Shown here piece after piece: positions 37,789 through 48,741 of a DNA stretch of 49,627 bases. The notes under the pieces were generated by a model. It did no database searches and was not told where the DNA came from. It saw only the letters and a list, made by a program, of their open reading frames with translations. The first letter of the stretch is position 1. Every line of letters starts with the position of its first letter. The position numbers and the translations under genes are program-made. Source of the stretch: Pseudomonadota bacterium (GTDB taxonomy: Bacteria > Pseudomonadota > Gammaproteobacteria > Acidiferrobacterales > UBA6901); the NCBI GenBank assembly GCA_021778035.1, contig JAJYCY010000001.1, positions 22,530 through 72,156 of the forward strand. Direction: 5' to 3'.

Positions 37789-39738
37789 TCACTGCGTGGC
37801 CACGGGTGGCGCACTGATTCCGGATCCATCGTCAAGTGCGAACTGGCCCTTGTAATCGAGAAAAGTGTCGAGCAGCACAGGCACGCCCTTCTGGAACTGC
37901 GCCCAGAGAAGTTCGCGGTGGAAGCGTCCATGCGGACCGACGCTGAGGCTGCTGGTGATGCCGTCGAAATGCACGCCAGGCTCGGTGCTGAGCCGGTTCA
38001 GCTGCGGAATGACTGCATAGGCGTCGACTCCGAGCGCGTACAGCCGGTCAAGAGCGGTATGTGCATATTTCCAGCCGCCCGGCTGCAGCTTGTCACGCAG
38101 TGCCTCGATACTGCCATCGCGGATGAGCATCCACGGCATGTCCCCGAACATGATTCCATCAAGATCGGTATCCTGCGTCGGATCAAGGTGTCCGGAAAAG
38201 ATGTGTGAGGTCGCATACACCGGAATACGCATGGCATGGTAGTAGTTGATCTGCGGCTTTATGAGGCGTCCGTTCCGGGCATCGGCTTCGAGAAAGATCA
38301 TGTCGATGTCTTTTCGTGGCCGTGGTTCGAATTTCAGCTTTATTCCGAGAAGGGTTTCGAGCCGCCTATCCCTCTCATCGCTCTGGGTGATGTTGAGCAG
38401 CTGCTTGACCGGCTGCGAATAATCACCGCGTCCCGGCTGATAGGCAACCGAAGTCAGCACGATGCCGCCAAGCCGCTGCCAGGCACTGGTGAAGCCGTTT
38501 GCTATGCGTTGTCCCCATGCAGTGTCCGGGTAAAGGATGGCGGCACGTCGATGCCCGTCGAGGTACGCGCGTTCTGCCACCTGCCTCGCCTCCTGTTCCA
38601 GCGGCAGACCAAACTGGAATACGTCGAGTGACGGGTCGATTGACTGGCTGGTGCGGCTGAGCAGCAGAGTCGGAACCCGCAGGTCGTTAGCCGCAACGAG
38701 GTCCTTGACGGCATCATGTCCGAGGGGACCAACCACCATCTGGGCGCCCTGGGCCACCGCCTCATCGTAGAAATGTGTTATCTGGGCGGGATCCGTGCCG
38801 GTGTCATAGACTGTGACCTGCGGCTTGCCGGGATCGGTATTTGCCGCATCCATCGCCATGAAGCCGTCGCGCACCGCATCCGCCTGCATTGAAAATTCCG
38901 ATGTCAGCGGGAGCAGCAGTGCGATCCGGTGAATGCGACCGATGATGCCCGGAACCGGATTTGCCAGTGACTTGATGAAGTTGCTGGTTGCCGGGTGGTC
39001 CGGATGCGATTTGCGCCATGCACTGACGGCTACGGCAACCTGATTGGGGTCGCCCGAGTTGTTGGCGACGGTGATCGCAAGCTGGAGCCATCCGGTCAGC
39101 ACCGGGTTGCGCGCCTGGCGCAGTGCCTGTTCGAGGCTGTTCCGGCTCAGTGTCTGAAGGATGTGCCACAGCTGTATCTGGTTCGCGGTAATGTCGCGAT
39201 TGCTCACGATGAACTGCTCGCGCGCGATCAGATCGTTTACCGCGCTGATCGGATGGTCCACCTTCAGATCGGCCCGCGCCCGCGCCTGCAGGATTTCCGC
39301 CTGCAGGGACGGGCTCAGGTTCTGCATACGCGCGGCGCGGCTGAGCAGCTCGATGGATCGCCTCGGGCGTCCCTCGAGGGACGCAATGCGTGCTGCCAGG
39401 ATGCGTTTACGCGCCTGAAAGGACGGAGCCAAACCGGTGGTGGTTATGGATCTGATCTGCTGCCTTGCCTCACGTACCTGTCCGGCTTTGACCAGCGCAT
39501 CCACGGCGCGAAGCTGGAGGCGCTGTCGGAGCGGGACTGCAGCCTGCCTGGCCAGTTCCTCGTAGTCGTGCGCGGCAATGACAAATTCTCCGGCTTTTTC
39601 GGCACGCAGCGCAGAAGCCATGGTCGCGCTAGGTACTATGGGCTGGAGGGGCCCCTGGGTCTGGCAGCCCTGGAGTGCAGTCAGGCTTGCGAGAACGAAC
39701 AGGGTGGCCCGGACACGGGCAGTAAAAATCGGTTTCAT
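37789..39738 (-). CDS. lpoA: Penicillin-binding protein activator LpoA (LppC family lipoprotein)
   Basis: Lipobox LQGC, TPR-like helical N-domain, GWLQL, HPDHPA, IALLLPLT, VVGPL, FGLPLEQEA, RLYALGVDAY; divergent from rsmI. Confidence 0.92.
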   Translation of the reverse strand: MKPIFTARVRATLFVLASLTALQGCQTQGPLQPIVPSATMASALRAEKAGEFVIAAHDYEELARQAAVPLRQRLQLRAVDALVKAGQVREARQQIRSITTTGLAPSFQARKRILAARIASLEGRPRRSIELLSRAARMQNLSPSLQAEILQARARADLKVDHPISAVNDLIAREQFIVSNRDITANQIQLWHILQTLSRNSLEQALRQARNPVLTGWLQLAITVANNSGDPNQVAVAVSAWRKSHPDHPATSNFIKSLANPVPGIIGRIHRIALLLPLTSEFSMQADAVRDGFMAMDAANTDPGKPQVTVYDTGTDPAQITHFYDEAVAQGAQMVVGPLGHDAVKDLVAANDLRVPTLLLSRTSQSIDPSLDVFQFGLPLEQEARQVAERAYLDGHRRAAILYPDTAWGQRIANGFTSAWQRLGGIVLTSVAYQPGRGDYSQPVKQLLNITQSDERDRRLETLLGIKLKFEPRPRKDIDMIFLEADARNGRLIKPQINYYHAMRIPVYATSHIFSGHLDPTQDTDLDGIMFGDMPWMLIRDGSIEALRDKLQPGGWKYAHTALDRLYALGVDAYAVIPQLNRLSTEPGVHFDGITSSLSVGPHGRFHRELLWAQFQKGVPVLLDTFLDYKGQFALDDGSGISAPPVATQ

Positions 39739-39789
39739 TCCGGGGCGTCGTATAAACTGTGGCGACAGTATCTTAAAGTGGAGGCGCAT

Positions 39790-40656
39790 GTGTCAAACAA
39801 ACCCGGAACGCTCTACGTGGTGGCGACACCCATCGGCAACCTGGAAGACATGTCGCCTCGCGCCGTCCGGGTGCTGTCCGAGGCTGACCTGATCGCTGCC
39901 GAGGATACCCGCCACAGCGGCACGTTGCTGCGGCATTTTGGCATCGGACGGCCCGTTGTCGCAGTGCATGAGCATAATGAACGGGAAATGCTGCACCAGC
40001 TGCTCGCTCGCCTGGGCGAAGGACAGAGCATTGCGCTGATCAGTGACGCGGGCACACCCCTGGTCAGCGACCCGGGTTTCAGCCTGGTGCATGCGGCGCG
40101 CTTGGCGGATATCCCGGTTGTCCCGGTACCGGGTCCCTGCGCTGCCATCGCCGCGTTGTCCGTATCCGGTCTTCCTTCAGACCGCTTCGTTTTCGAGGGG
40201 TTCCCGCCGGCAAAGACTGCCGCAAGGCGTGCAAGGTTCGAGAACCTGCGCACCGAACCCCGAACCCTCATTTTCTACGAATCGGCACACCGGATTGCCG
40301 AATCCCTGGATGACATGGCATCCGTTTTCGGGAGAGACCGGCCGTCAATGCTTGCGCGGGAAATCACAAAGCAGTTCGAGACGCTGCACGATGCACCGCT
40401 GGGTGAGCTGGCAGACTGGGTCAGGACAGATGCGAACCAGCAGCGCGGCGAAATGGTGGTTCTGGTTCAAGGGCTGCCCCTGGCCGCCGGCCGTGAGGTA
40501 GACGCTGCGGCCGACAGGACCATGCGGGTACTCATCGGAGCGCTGCCCCTGAAGCAGGCCGCCTTGCTGGCGGCACGGATCACAGGGGTGAAAAAAAGTC
40601 TGCTCTACGCGCACGGGCTCCGTCTGGCTGGCCACCAGCCGGCTGGCGAGGAATGA
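39790..40656 (+). CDS. rsmI: 16S rRNA C1402 2'-O-methyltransferase
   Basis: LYVVATPIGNLEDMS, AAEDTRH, SDAGTPLVSDPG, FYESAHR, REITKQFE; GTG behind GGAGG. Confidence 0.97.
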   Translation: MSNKPGTLYVVATPIGNLEDMSPRAVRVLSEADLIAAEDTRHSGTLLRHFGIGRPVVAVHEHNEREMLHQLLARLGEGQSIALISDAGTPLVSDPGFSLVHAARLADIPVVPVPGPCAAIAALSVSGLPSDRFVFEGFPPAKTAARRARFENLRTEPRTLIFYESAHRIAESLDDMASVFGRDRPSMLAREITKQFETLHDAPLGELADWVRTDANQQRGEMVVLVQGLPLAAGREVDAAADRTMRVLIGALPLKQAALLAARITGVKKSLLYAHGLRLAGHQPAGEE

Positions 40657-40702
40657 ATGAACTATAAAGCCGCGTCTGCGCTCATACCGGGCTGTTTAGG
40701 TG

Positions 40703-40708
40703 TATAAT
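40703..40708 (+). promoter_or_regulatory. Sigma-70 -10 element of the rnpB promoter
   Basis: TATAAT ending 5 nt before the predicted RNase P RNA 5' end. Confidence 0.6.
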
Positions 40709-40713
40709 TGCCC

Positions 40714-41070
40714 GCGGAGTCGGCCAGACAGCCGCTGTATGCGAATGCAGAGGAAAGTCCGGGCTCCACAGGACAGGGTGCCAGGTAACGCCTGGGGGGC
40801 GCAAGCTCACGGAAAGTGCCACAGAAAACATACCGCCTAAGCGTTTCCGGCAAGTCCGGCAGCGCCGGCAAGGGTGAAATGGTGCGGTAAGAGCGCACCG
40901 CGCGGGTGGTAACATCCGTGGCAGGGAAAACCCCACCCGGAGCAAGACCGAATAGGGGAACCATGGTGTGGTCCGCACCGTTCCCGGGTAGGTCGCTTGA
41001 GACACGTGGTGACACGTGCCCCAGAGGAATGGCTGTCCACGACAGAACCCGGCTTATCGGCCGGCTCCAC
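40714..41070 (+). ncRNA. rnpB: RNase P RNA (type A)
   Basis: GAGGAAAGTCCGGGCTCC, GAAAGTGCCACAGAAA, AGGGTGAAATGGTGCGGTAAGAGCGCACCG, ACAGAACCCGGCTTA; P1 pairing GGAGTCGGCC / GGCCGGCTCC; conserved rsmI-rnpB-mraZ position. Confidence 0.97.
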
Positions 41071-41143
41071 TTTTTTACATTAAGTTCAGCGCCTAAATTT
41101 CTGTATTTCTAGCTATTTAATCTCGTGTTGTGACCGACTTTCA

Positions 41144-41182
41144 GCCGTCCGGCGGTGGGAAATCACCGCCAGATGGCATTTT
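41144..41182 (+). terminator. Probable terminator downstream of rnpB
   Basis: GCCGTCC-GGCGGTG-ggaaat-CACCGCC-AGATGGC hairpin followed by ATTTT. Confidence 0.5.
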
Positions 41183-41259
41183 GCTGCCATTGCCTAGGTC
41201 CCCCATCCCTAACTTCCTGTCAGAAAAAGGAGAAATTGCCGCTGCGCTGCGCATTTTTC

Positions 41260-41289
41260 TTGACACTGATTGCGCGTGCTTACTATAGT
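41260..41289 (+). promoter_or_regulatory. Sigma-70 promoter of the dcw cluster (Pmra)
   Basis: TTGACA-N18-TATAGT upstream of mraZ. Confidence 0.7.
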
Positions 41290-41300
41290 GAGTGTCAATT

Positions 41301-41330
41301 TGTGGGAAAAAGTGGATAATTGTGGAACAG
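41301..41330 (+). promoter_or_regulatory. MraZ-binding repeats (dcw boxes)
   Basis: tGTGGgaaaa aGTGGataat tGTGGaacag: three GTGG cores at 10-bp period between the promoter and mraZ. Confidence 0.8.
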
Positions 41331-41357
41331 TACTGCTGAAGAGGGAGATGTCCACGC

Positions 41358-41816
41358 ATGCTGCGCGGTCTCACTGAACTCAGTCTCGATAGCAAGGGCA
41401 GGCTGGTCATCCCGACCCGCTATCGGGATGCGCTGGACCGTCACTGCGAAGGGCATCTGGTGGTGACGATCGACATCGATCCCAGCTGCTTTCTTCTGCT
41501 CTATCCGCTGCCTGACTGGGAAGAGATCGAGCGCAAGCTCGTGAAACTGCCGAGTCTGAACGAGCTGACACGCCAGTTGCAGCGGCAGATGCTGGGCTAT
41601 GCCACCGAATGCGACATGGATGGCAGTGGCCGGATACTTCTGCCGCCACCGTTGCGGACGTTTGCCGGTCTGGAAAAGTCTATCGTCATGGCGGGACAGG
41701 GCAACAAATTCGAGATTTGGGATGCATCGAAATGGAACGCCCAGCGCGATGGGTGGGTGGCGGCCAGAGCCGCAGGCGGACCCCTGCCGCCTGAACTCGA
41801 ATCGCTGTCACTCTAG
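41358..41816 (+). CDS. mraZ: Division/cell wall cluster transcriptional repressor MraZ
   Basis: [34 protein letters not shown]. Confidence 0.97.
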   Translation: MLRGLTELSLDSKGRLVIPTRYRDALDRHCEGHLVVTIDIDPSCFLLLYPLPDWEEIERKLVKLPSLNELTRQLQRQMLGYATECDMDGSGRILLPPPLRTFAGLEKSIVMAGQGNKFEIWDASKWNAQRDGWVAARAAGGPLPPELESLSL

Positions 41817-41824
41817 GTGGAAAC

Positions 41825-42760
41825 GTGGATGAACGGCCTCACCACCCGGTTCTGCTCAAAGAGGCGCTGGAGGCGCTCGAGCTGCACCAGGGAGGCATAT
41901 ATGTTGACGGTACTTTCGGTCGCGGAGGGCATGCCCGGGGGATTCTGGAACGGATCGGGCCTCTGGGTCGCCTGTTAGCGCTGGATCGCGACCCGCAGGC
42001 TGTGGCGACGGCGCGCAGTCTGTTTGGGAATGACGCGCGCTTTGAGGTGGTACGGGGGCGGTACTCGATGATGGGGCAGGCGATAGCTGATCGCGGCTGG
42101 ACCGGGAAAGTCAACGGCATCTTGCTGGATCTCGGGGTATCGTCACCGCAGCTCGACGAGCCGGTCCGCGGCTTCAGCTTCCGTCATGATGGGCCACTCG
42201 ACATGCGCATGGATCCCGACCATGGCATCACCGCCCGGCAATGGCTCGCCAGTGCGCCGGAATCGGAGATATCGCGTGTGATTCGCGATCTCGGAGAGGA
42301 GCGGTTTGCGCGGCGTATCGCACGTGCGATCTGCGCAGAACGTGTCCGGCAGCCTATAGAAACCACGGTCCACCTCGCGCGCATCGTTGCAGACGCGGTG
42401 CGGACGCGTGAACCGGGACAGGATCCTGCCACGCGCACCTTTCAGGCCATACGTCTGCACGTGAACGGCGAACTCGATGAACTCCGCGCGGTGCTGCCGC
42501 AGACGGTCGAGGCAATGGCGCCGGGTGGCCGCCTCGTTGTCATCAGCTTCCATTCGCTCGAGGAGCATATCGTCAAGGACTTCATGCGCACGGAGGCGAA
42601 AGGAGACCGATTCCCCCCGGATCTGCCGGTGCCTGCGGCAATGCTGACCCCGAGGCTCCGGAATGTCGGCCGGCCGGTTCGTCCGGGCGACGATGAGCTG
42701 GCGCGGAATCCGCGCGCCCGCAGTGCCGTGATGCGTGTCGCCGAGGTGCTTGGTGGATAG
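41825..42760 (+). CDS. rsmH: 16S rRNA m4C1402 methyltransferase
   Basis: [52 protein letters not shown]. Confidence 0.98.
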   Translation: MDERPHHPVLLKEALEALELHQGGIYVDGTFGRGGHARGILERIGPLGRLLALDRDPQAVATARSLFGNDARFEVVRGRYSMMGQAIADRGWTGKVNGILLDLGVSSPQLDEPVRGFSFRHDGPLDMRMDPDHGITARQWLASAPESEISRVIRDLGEERFARRIARAICAERVRQPIETTVHLARIVADAVRTREPGQDPATRTFQAIRLHVNGELDELRAVLPQTVEAMAPGGRLVVISFHSLEEHIVKDFMRTEAKGDRFPPDLPVPAAMLTPRLRNVGRPVRPGDDELARNPRARSAVMRVAEVLGG

Positions 42761-43028
42761 GCGTCTTGCACTGCTGGTCGCTGCGGTGATGATTTCCGCG
42801 CTGGCGGTAGTGGATTTGCGGCAGCGCAACCGCATGGATTTTGTGGTGCTGCAGGCGCTGCGCCGGCAGCGCGAAAACCTGAATGTCGAGCGCGGAAAAC
42901 TGCTTCTCGAGGAAGGTGTCTGGTCGGAACACCGGCGCGTCGAGTTTCTGGCGCGCCGCGATCTCGGGATGAGTATGCCCAAGCCGGATCAGGTGGTCAT
43001 CGTGGACATCGACGGGGGACAGCGGTGA
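42753..43028 (+). CDS. ftsL: Cell division protein FtsL
   Basis: Single TM (SALAVV), coiled coil GKLLLEE..W....RVE..AR..LGM..P; between rsmH and ftsI. Confidence 0.9.
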   Translation: MDRRLALLVAAVMISALAVVDLRQRNRMDFVVLQALRRQRENLNVERGKLLLEEGVWSEHRRVEFLARRDLGMSMPKPDQVVIVDIDGGQR

Positions 43029-44794
43029 AGGCCTCGGTTTCGGGCAGAACCGGAATTCGTTACCGGGCTGTGCTGTTTTCGATGCTTGCCGGATTTGTCC
43101 TGCTGGCGGTGCGTGCTTTCTATCTGCAGGTTGTGGAGGCCAGCTACCTGCAGGACCAGGGTGATGCAGCGCATCTGCGGATCATTGAGGACGACTCCCA
43201 CCGCGGCATGATTCTCGATCGGAATGGTGAACCACTGGCGATCAGCACGCCGGTGGATTCTGTCTGGGCCAACCCGCAGGAGTTTGTCCAGGGCCGGAGC
43301 CGGTGGCCGGCGCTGGCCCGGCTTCTGGGTATCCCGCTCTCTGGACTGGTGCGCGCGGTAAGACGCAGCGCCGGTCGGCAGTTCATGTACATAGAGCGCG
43401 AGATTGCACCGCAGACCGCCCGGCGCGTAATGGCTCTTCACATTCCGGGCGTGGCGCTGCAGCGCGAGTATCGTCGCTACTATCCGGCCGGACCGGTGAC
43501 CGGGCAGCTGATCGGGTTCACGAACGTGGATGATGTGGGCCAGGAGGGTGTGGAATTCGCGTACAACAGCTGGCTGCGTGCGATTCCAGGCAAGGAGCGG
43601 GTGCTGCAGGACCGCTATGGCAACATCGTGCAGCCGGTCGAAAGCATTTCTCTGCCTGTGCCCGGCAGGAACCTCGTACTGAGCATTGACCGGCGGATAC
43701 AGTTCCTGGTTTACCGCGCACTCAGGGCAGCGGTTGCGAAATCTCACGCAAACGCGGCGAGCGCGGTTGTGGTGAATGTTCGCACAGGCGAAGTGCTTGC
43801 TCTGGTCAATGTGCCCAGTTTCAATCCGAACAACCGCAACGGGCTCGTCAGCAGTCTTGTTCGCGACCGTGCCGTGACCGATACATTCGAGCCGGGTTCC
43901 ACGCTCAAGCCGTTTACCATTGCCGCGGCAATGGAGACCGGAAGGTACACGCCAGACACCCTCATCGATACCTCGCCGGGAAGCATCCGAGTGGGCGGCT
44001 ACACCATCCGTGATGATGAGGACTCCGGCACTATTTCAGTGGCCCAGATCATAGAGAAATCAAGCAATGTGGGGGCGACGAAGATAGCCCTGTCGCTCAA
44101 TCCCCGAAGGATGTGGGACATGTTCCGTCTTGCCGGGTTTGGAGCACCCACGGGCGTGGGCCTGCCCGGAGAATCGTCCGGATTCGTGAGATCCTTCCAG
44201 CAATGGGTGCCGTCGGAACAGGCGACCATGTCTTTCGGCTACGGGATATCGGTCACCGTGATGCAGCTTGCGCAGGCCTACGGGGGCATCGCCAACGACG
44301 GCGTGATGATGCCGGTTACCATACTCCGGCGTGACCAGCCCGTTGCCGGCAGGCGTATCATGTCGGACACGACCGCGCACGAATTGCGTTCGATGCTCGA
44401 GATGGTGATCAGCAACGAAGGAACCGCGCCCGACGCCGCGGTTGCCGACTACCATGTTGCCGGCAAGACCGGAACTGCGCACAAGCTCGGGCCTGACGGC
44501 TACGAGCGCGACGGCTATATCGCATCATTCGCGGGTTTTGTTCCGGCAACCGATCCGCGTCTGGCAATGGTGGTCATGGTGAACAATCCGCGTGGAAAGG
44601 ACTATTACGGCGGAGAAGTTGCCGCCCCGGTTTTCAGCCGGGTCATGACCGGGGCGCTGCGTCTTCTGAATATTCCACCGGACAATCTGCCGCATCCGCA
44701 GGAATGGGTTGCGCAGGCTCCCGCCCCCGGTGTCGGTGGGTTCGTGCGCATCGTGGAGCAGGGAAGTGACGCGAAGACGGGAGGTAGCCCGTGA
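43025..44794 (+). CDS. ftsI: Peptidoglycan D,D-transpeptidase FtsI (PBP3)
   Basis: RGMILDRNG, RRYYP, EPGSTLKPF (SxxK), KSSNVG (SxN), AGKTGTA (KTG). Confidence 0.97.
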   Translation: MKASVSGRTGIRYRAVLFSMLAGFVLLAVRAFYLQVVEASYLQDQGDAAHLRIIEDDSHRGMILDRNGEPLAISTPVDSVWANPQEFVQGRSRWPALARLLGIPLSGLVRAVRRSAGRQFMYIEREIAPQTARRVMALHIPGVALQREYRRYYPAGPVTGQLIGFTNVDDVGQEGVEFAYNSWLRAIPGKERVLQDRYGNIVQPVESISLPVPGRNLVLSIDRRIQFLVYRALRAAVAKSHANAASAVVVNVRTGEVLALVNVPSFNPNNRNGLVSSLVRDRAVTDTFEPGSTLKPFTIAAAMETGRYTPDTLIDTSPGSIRVGGYTIRDDEDSGTISVAQIIEKSSNVGATKIALSLNPRRMWDMFRLAGFGAPTGVGLPGESSGFVRSFQQWVPSEQATMSFGYGISVTVMQLAQAYGGIANDGVMMPVTILRRDQPVAGRRIMSDTTAHELRSMLEMVISNEGTAPDAAVADYHVAGKTGTAHKLGPDGYERDGYIASFAGFVPATDPRLAMVVMVNNPRGKDYYGGEVAAPVFSRVMTGALRLLNIPPDNLPHPQEWVAQAPAPGVGGFVRIVEQGSDAKTGGSP

Positions 44795-46269
44795 CGGCCG
44801 CGCGCCTGAGTCACCTGCTCCAGGGCCTGGCAGACCCCGCTTCCGCTGCGGGTCTCCAGGTTGCCGGTATCAGCAGTGATAGCCGTACGGTCGAGGCCGG
44901 CTGGCTGTTTGTGGCTGCCCCTGGGGTGCGGGGGGACGGACGGGAATACCTGAATGGGGCGATCGCACGCGGAGCGGCGGCGGTGGCGTACGAACCGGAT
45001 GATCCGCTTCCCTCGGGAGAGCGGTTCAGGATGCCGGACGTGCCGGTGCCGGCGATTCCCGTTCCGAGGCTCAGGTACCGCATCGGACTTATTGCTGACC
45101 GGTTCTTTGGCTCGCCGTCGCAGAAGCTGTTCGTCGTCGGGGTCACCGGCACCAATGGCAAGACCACCTGTACCCATCTTCTTGCCCAGATACTGGACGA
45201 GCCGGGAGGGCGTTGTGGTCTGATCGGAACCCTGGGCGCAGGATTTCCCGGGCGGCTCGATCCGTCCAGCCATACGACTCCCGACCCGGTCAGCGTGCAC
45301 AGGCTTCTTGCCGGCTTCGTCGCGGCCGGTGCGGAATCCGCGTGCATGGAAGTGTCATCCCACGCCCTCGATCAGAGGCGTGTCGAGGCTGTGGCATTCG
45401 ACGTGGCGGTTTTCACCAACCTCACGCGCGATCATCTGGATTACCACGGCTCGATGGAGTCCTATGCGCAAAGCAAGGCGCGCCTGTTCGAATTTCCGGG
45501 ACTTGCCGCAGCCGTCATCAACTGCGATGACCCTTTCGGGCAGCGGCTGGCGCGGGAAGCCAGAACACGGGTGAACGTGACAACCTTCGGCACCGGTGAC
45601 GCCGACATCCGGGCGACTGAAATCAGGCCGACGGCTGAAGGCCTTGGCGTGCAGGTAATGACGCCGGCAGGACCGGTGGCGCTGCGCAGCTCGCTCATCG
45701 GACGCTTCAATGCCATGAATCTGCTTGCCGTGCTGGCGGTGCTGCTGGTCGCCGGGCTGCCGCTGGCCCGCGCTGCCGAGCGGATAGCGCTGGTCCGTCC
45801 GGTTTCCGGGAGAATGGAGCGTTTCGGTGGCGACAGCGCACCGCTGGTAGTCGTGGACTATGCGCATACCCCGGATGCCCTGCACAAGGCGCTGGCAGCG
45901 CTGCGCGAGCACACATCCGGACGGCTGTGGTGCGTATTCGGTTGCGGCGGCGAACGTGACCGGGGAAAGCGTCCGCTGATGGGCAGGCTTGCCGAAGACC
46001 TTGCCGATATCGTGATTGTTACCGACGACAATCCCCGCCACGAGTCGCCGGAGCAGATTATCGCGGACATCGCCGGAGGAATGCGCTTGCAGCCGACCGT
46101 CGTACGCGATCGGGCGCATGCCATCAACATGGCCATCGGCAGTGCCGCGGCTGGCGACGCCGTCCTGATTGCGGGGAAGGGTCATGAGACCTACCAGCAG
46201 ATCGGGGACAGGCGTCTGCACTTCAGTGACCGTGAAGTCGTGATGGAGATTCTGGGGGCCGCGGCATGA
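44791..46269 (+). CDS. murE: UDP-MurNAc-tripeptide synthetase (meso-DAP-adding)
   Basis: GVTGTNGKTT, MEVSSHAL, NLTRDHLDYH, DYAHTPDAL, DDNPR (DAP specificity), AGKGHE. Confidence 0.97.
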   Translation: MTAARLSHLLQGLADPASAAGLQVAGISSDSRTVEAGWLFVAAPGVRGDGREYLNGAIARGAAAVAYEPDDPLPSGERFRMPDVPVPAIPVPRLRYRIGLIADRFFGSPSQKLFVVGVTGTNGKTTCTHLLAQILDEPGGRCGLIGTLGAGFPGRLDPSSHTTPDPVSVHRLLAGFVAAGAESACMEVSSHALDQRRVEAVAFDVAVFTNLTRDHLDYHGSMESYAQSKARLFEFPGLAAAVINCDDPFGQRLAREARTRVNVTTFGTGDADIRATEIRPTAEGLGVQVMTPAGPVALRSSLIGRFNAMNLLAVLAVLLVAGLPLARAAERIALVRPVSGRMERFGGDSAPLVVVDYAHTPDALHKALAALREHTSGRLWCVFGCGGERDRGKRPLMGRLAEDLADIVIVTDDNPRHESPEQIIADIAGGMRLQPTVVRDRAHAINMAIGSAAAGDAVLIAGKGHETYQQIGDRRLHFSDREVVMEILGAAA

Positions 46270-47657
46270 TGACCTTGAGCGCCGCGGCGCGGGTGCTGCA
46301 CGGCAGCCTGACGGGCGGGGACGCACGGTTTACCGGAGTAAGCAGCGATACCCGGAAGCTCGCACGCGGAGACCTGTTCGTTGCCATTGCCGGCCCGACC
46401 TTTGATGGCCACAACTTCCTGCCGGAAGCGGTGCGTGCCGGTGCTGCCGGCGCCATCGTCAGTCTGGCAGCGGACTGCGGCCTGCCAGCCATCCACGTGG
46501 CTGATACGCGTCTCGGTCTCGGTTCGCTGGCCGCGTACTGGCGCAGTACTTTCAGCGTGCCCCTGATCGCCGTCACCGGAAGCAACGGAAAGACCACGGT
46601 AAAGGGCATGCTCGCGTCGATCATGTCGCAGACCGGAACCGGACTGGCGACCGAGGGAAATCTCAACAACGACATTGGCGTGCCGCTTACGCTCCTGCGG
46701 CTGCGATCGCACGATCTTTTTGCGGTGATCGAGATGGGGATGAACCATGCGGGCGAGATCGACTATCTGACCCATATCGCGCGGCCAACGATCGCGCTTA
46801 TTACCAATGCGGGTCCCGCACACCTTGCCGGACTCGGCAGTGTCGAGGCGGTGGCGCGTGCAAAGGGAGAGATTTTTTCCGGTCTGGACGAAAATGGTGT
46901 CGCAGTCATCAATTCTGACGACCAGTATGCTGCACTGTGGCGTGCGCTTTCGGGCCAGCGGCGCCAGCTTAGTTTCGGGCTGCAGTCCAAGGCCGATGTC
47001 AGCGCCGATTATGACCTTGATGCGCTGGGCAGCACGGTCCGCCTGAAAACCCCCGATGGGGAAACCGAACTGCATCTTTCCCTGCTTGGCCGGCACAATG
47101 TCATGAACGCGCTTGCTGCTGCAGCCGCTTCCACGGCTGCCGGGGCGGGCACGGGCCACATAAAGGCAGGTCTCGAGATACTCAGAGCCCCACCCGGCAG
47201 ACTCGAGGTCCGGACCGGATACCGCGGCGCACGGGTGCTGGATGACACGTACAACGCCAATCCCGGATCGCTGGCTGCCGGCCTGGATGTGCTGGCACAC
47301 GCCGCTGGAGAGCGGGTGGTGGTCGTCGGTGACATGGCCGAACTCGGTGAGGCTGCGGCTGCAATGCACGCCCGTACCGGTGAGCTGGCGCGGCAGGCGG
47401 GTATCCACCGTCTTTACGCCATCGGCCCTCTGACCCGGGAGACCGTGCGCAGTTTCGGATCCGGTGCCCGGCACTTCGACCAGCACGACGCGCTCGTTGA
47501 GACCCTGCGCGGCGAGATGCATCACGACATGGTGATCCTGGTGAAAGGATCACGCGTGATGCGCATGGAACGTGTGGTATCCGGGCTTATGGATGCAGAC
47601 GATGGCGGCGGCCGGACGGTCGCGGGTTCGGGAAAACACGAGGAGAGGGGCGGCTAG
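46266..47657 (+). CDS. murF: UDP-MurNAc-tripeptide--D-Ala-D-Ala ligase
   Basis: [55 protein letters not shown]. Confidence 0.97.
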   Translation: MMTLSAAARVLHGSLTGGDARFTGVSSDTRKLARGDLFVAIAGPTFDGHNFLPEAVRAGAAGAIVSLAADCGLPAIHVADTRLGLGSLAAYWRSTFSVPLIAVTGSNGKTTVKGMLASIMSQTGTGLATEGNLNNDIGVPLTLLRLRSHDLFAVIEMGMNHAGEIDYLTHIARPTIALITNAGPAHLAGLGSVEAVARAKGEIFSGLDENGVAVINSDDQYAALWRALSGQRRQLSFGLQSKADVSADYDLDALGSTVRLKTPDGETELHLSLLGRHNVMNALAAAAASTAAGAGTGHIKAGLEILRAPPGRLEVRTGYRGARVLDDTYNANPGSLAAGLDVLAHAAGERVVVVGDMAELGEAAAAMHARTGELARQAGIHRLYAIGPLTRETVRSFGSGARHFDQHDALVETLRGEMHHDMVILVKGSRVMRMERVVSGLMDADDGGGRTVAGSGKHEERGG

Positions 47658-48739
47658 TGCTTTTTTACCTTTTCAAGAAACTTGCGCACGACATTTCCTT
47701 CTTCAATGTCTTTCGCTATCTCACGCTGCGCGGAATCCTCGGTGTGCTCACTGCGCTCGGAATCAGCTTTATCGTGGGCCCGTTCATGATCCGCAAGCTC
47801 AGCCAGTACCAGATCGGCCAGACCGTGCGGAGCGACGGTCCCCAGACCCACCTGACCAAGGCTGGAACCCCGACCATGGGAGGCGCGCTTATCCTGGTGG
47901 CTGTTTTCATAACCACGCTGCTCTGGGCCGATCTGACCAATCGGTTCGTCTGGGTGGTTCTGTTCACGACCTTTGCATTCGGTGCAATAGGATGGGCTGA
48001 CGACTACAAGAAGCTCGTGAGCAAAAATCCCCGCGGGATCGGCGCCAAGGCCAAATATTTCTGGCAATCGGTGGCCGGACTCGGGGCCGCGCTTTTCCTG
48101 TATTTCACGGCCCGCTCGCCGGTGGAGATCGAACTGATAGTTCCGTTCTTCAAGCATGTGGCCATAAACATGGGTCCTTGGTTTATCCTGCTTACCTACT
48201 TTGTCATCGTCGGATCCAGCAACGCCGTCAACCTCACAGACGGTCTCGACGGTCTTGCCGTGATGCCAACCGTAATGGTCGCGGGCGCGCTCGGGATCTT
48301 TGCCTACGTGACCGGCCATTACCAGTTCTCCCAGTATCTGGGGATTCCCTACATTGCCGGGGCCGGAGAGGTGCTGGTTTTCTGTTCCGCCCTGGTAGGA
48401 GCCGGCCTCGGTTTCCTGTGGTTCAACACCTATCCGGCAATGGTGTTCATGGGGGATGTCGGAGCTCTCGGTCTGGGTGCAGCGCTTGGGGTCATTGCCG
48501 TGGTGGTGCACCAGGAAATCGTCCTGTTCATCATGGGCGGGGTGTTTGTGATGGAGACCGTGTCCGTGATGCTGCAGGTGGTGTCGTTCAAACTGACCGG
48601 ACGACGCATTTTCCGCATGGCGCCATTGCACCATCATTTTGAGCTCAAGGGCTGGCCGGAACCGCGAGTGATCGTGCGTTTCTGGATCATCACCCTGATC
48701 CTGGTGCTGATGGGGCTTGCAACATTGAAGATACGCTGA
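47657..48739 (+). CDS. mraY: Phospho-N-acetylmuramoyl-pentapeptide transferase
   Basis: [41 protein letters not shown]. Confidence 0.98.
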   Translation: MLFYLFKKLAHDISFFNVFRYLTLRGILGVLTALGISFIVGPFMIRKLSQYQIGQTVRSDGPQTHLTKAGTPTMGGALILVAVFITTLLWADLTNRFVWVVLFTTFAFGAIGWADDYKKLVSKNPRGIGAKAKYFWQSVAGLGAALFLYFTARSPVEIELIVPFFKHVAINMGPWFILLTYFVIVGSSNAVNLTDGLDGLAVMPTVMVAGALGIFAYVTGHYQFSQYLGIPYIAGAGEVLVFCSALVGAGLGFLWFNTYPAMVFMGDVGALGLGAALGVIAVVVHQEIVLFIMGGVFVMETVSVMLQVVSFKLTGRRIFRMAPLHHHFELKGWPEPRVIVRFWIITLILVLMGLATLKIR

Positions 48740-48741
48740 TC

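Noticed and set aside
38995-39789. 553-aa RsmI with a long N-terminal extension
   Set aside because: The extension is antisense to lpoA; the real start is GTG 39790 behind GGAGG.
40662-41112. Short ORFs over 40662-41112
   Set aside because: They overlap the RNase P RNA gene and are spurious translations.
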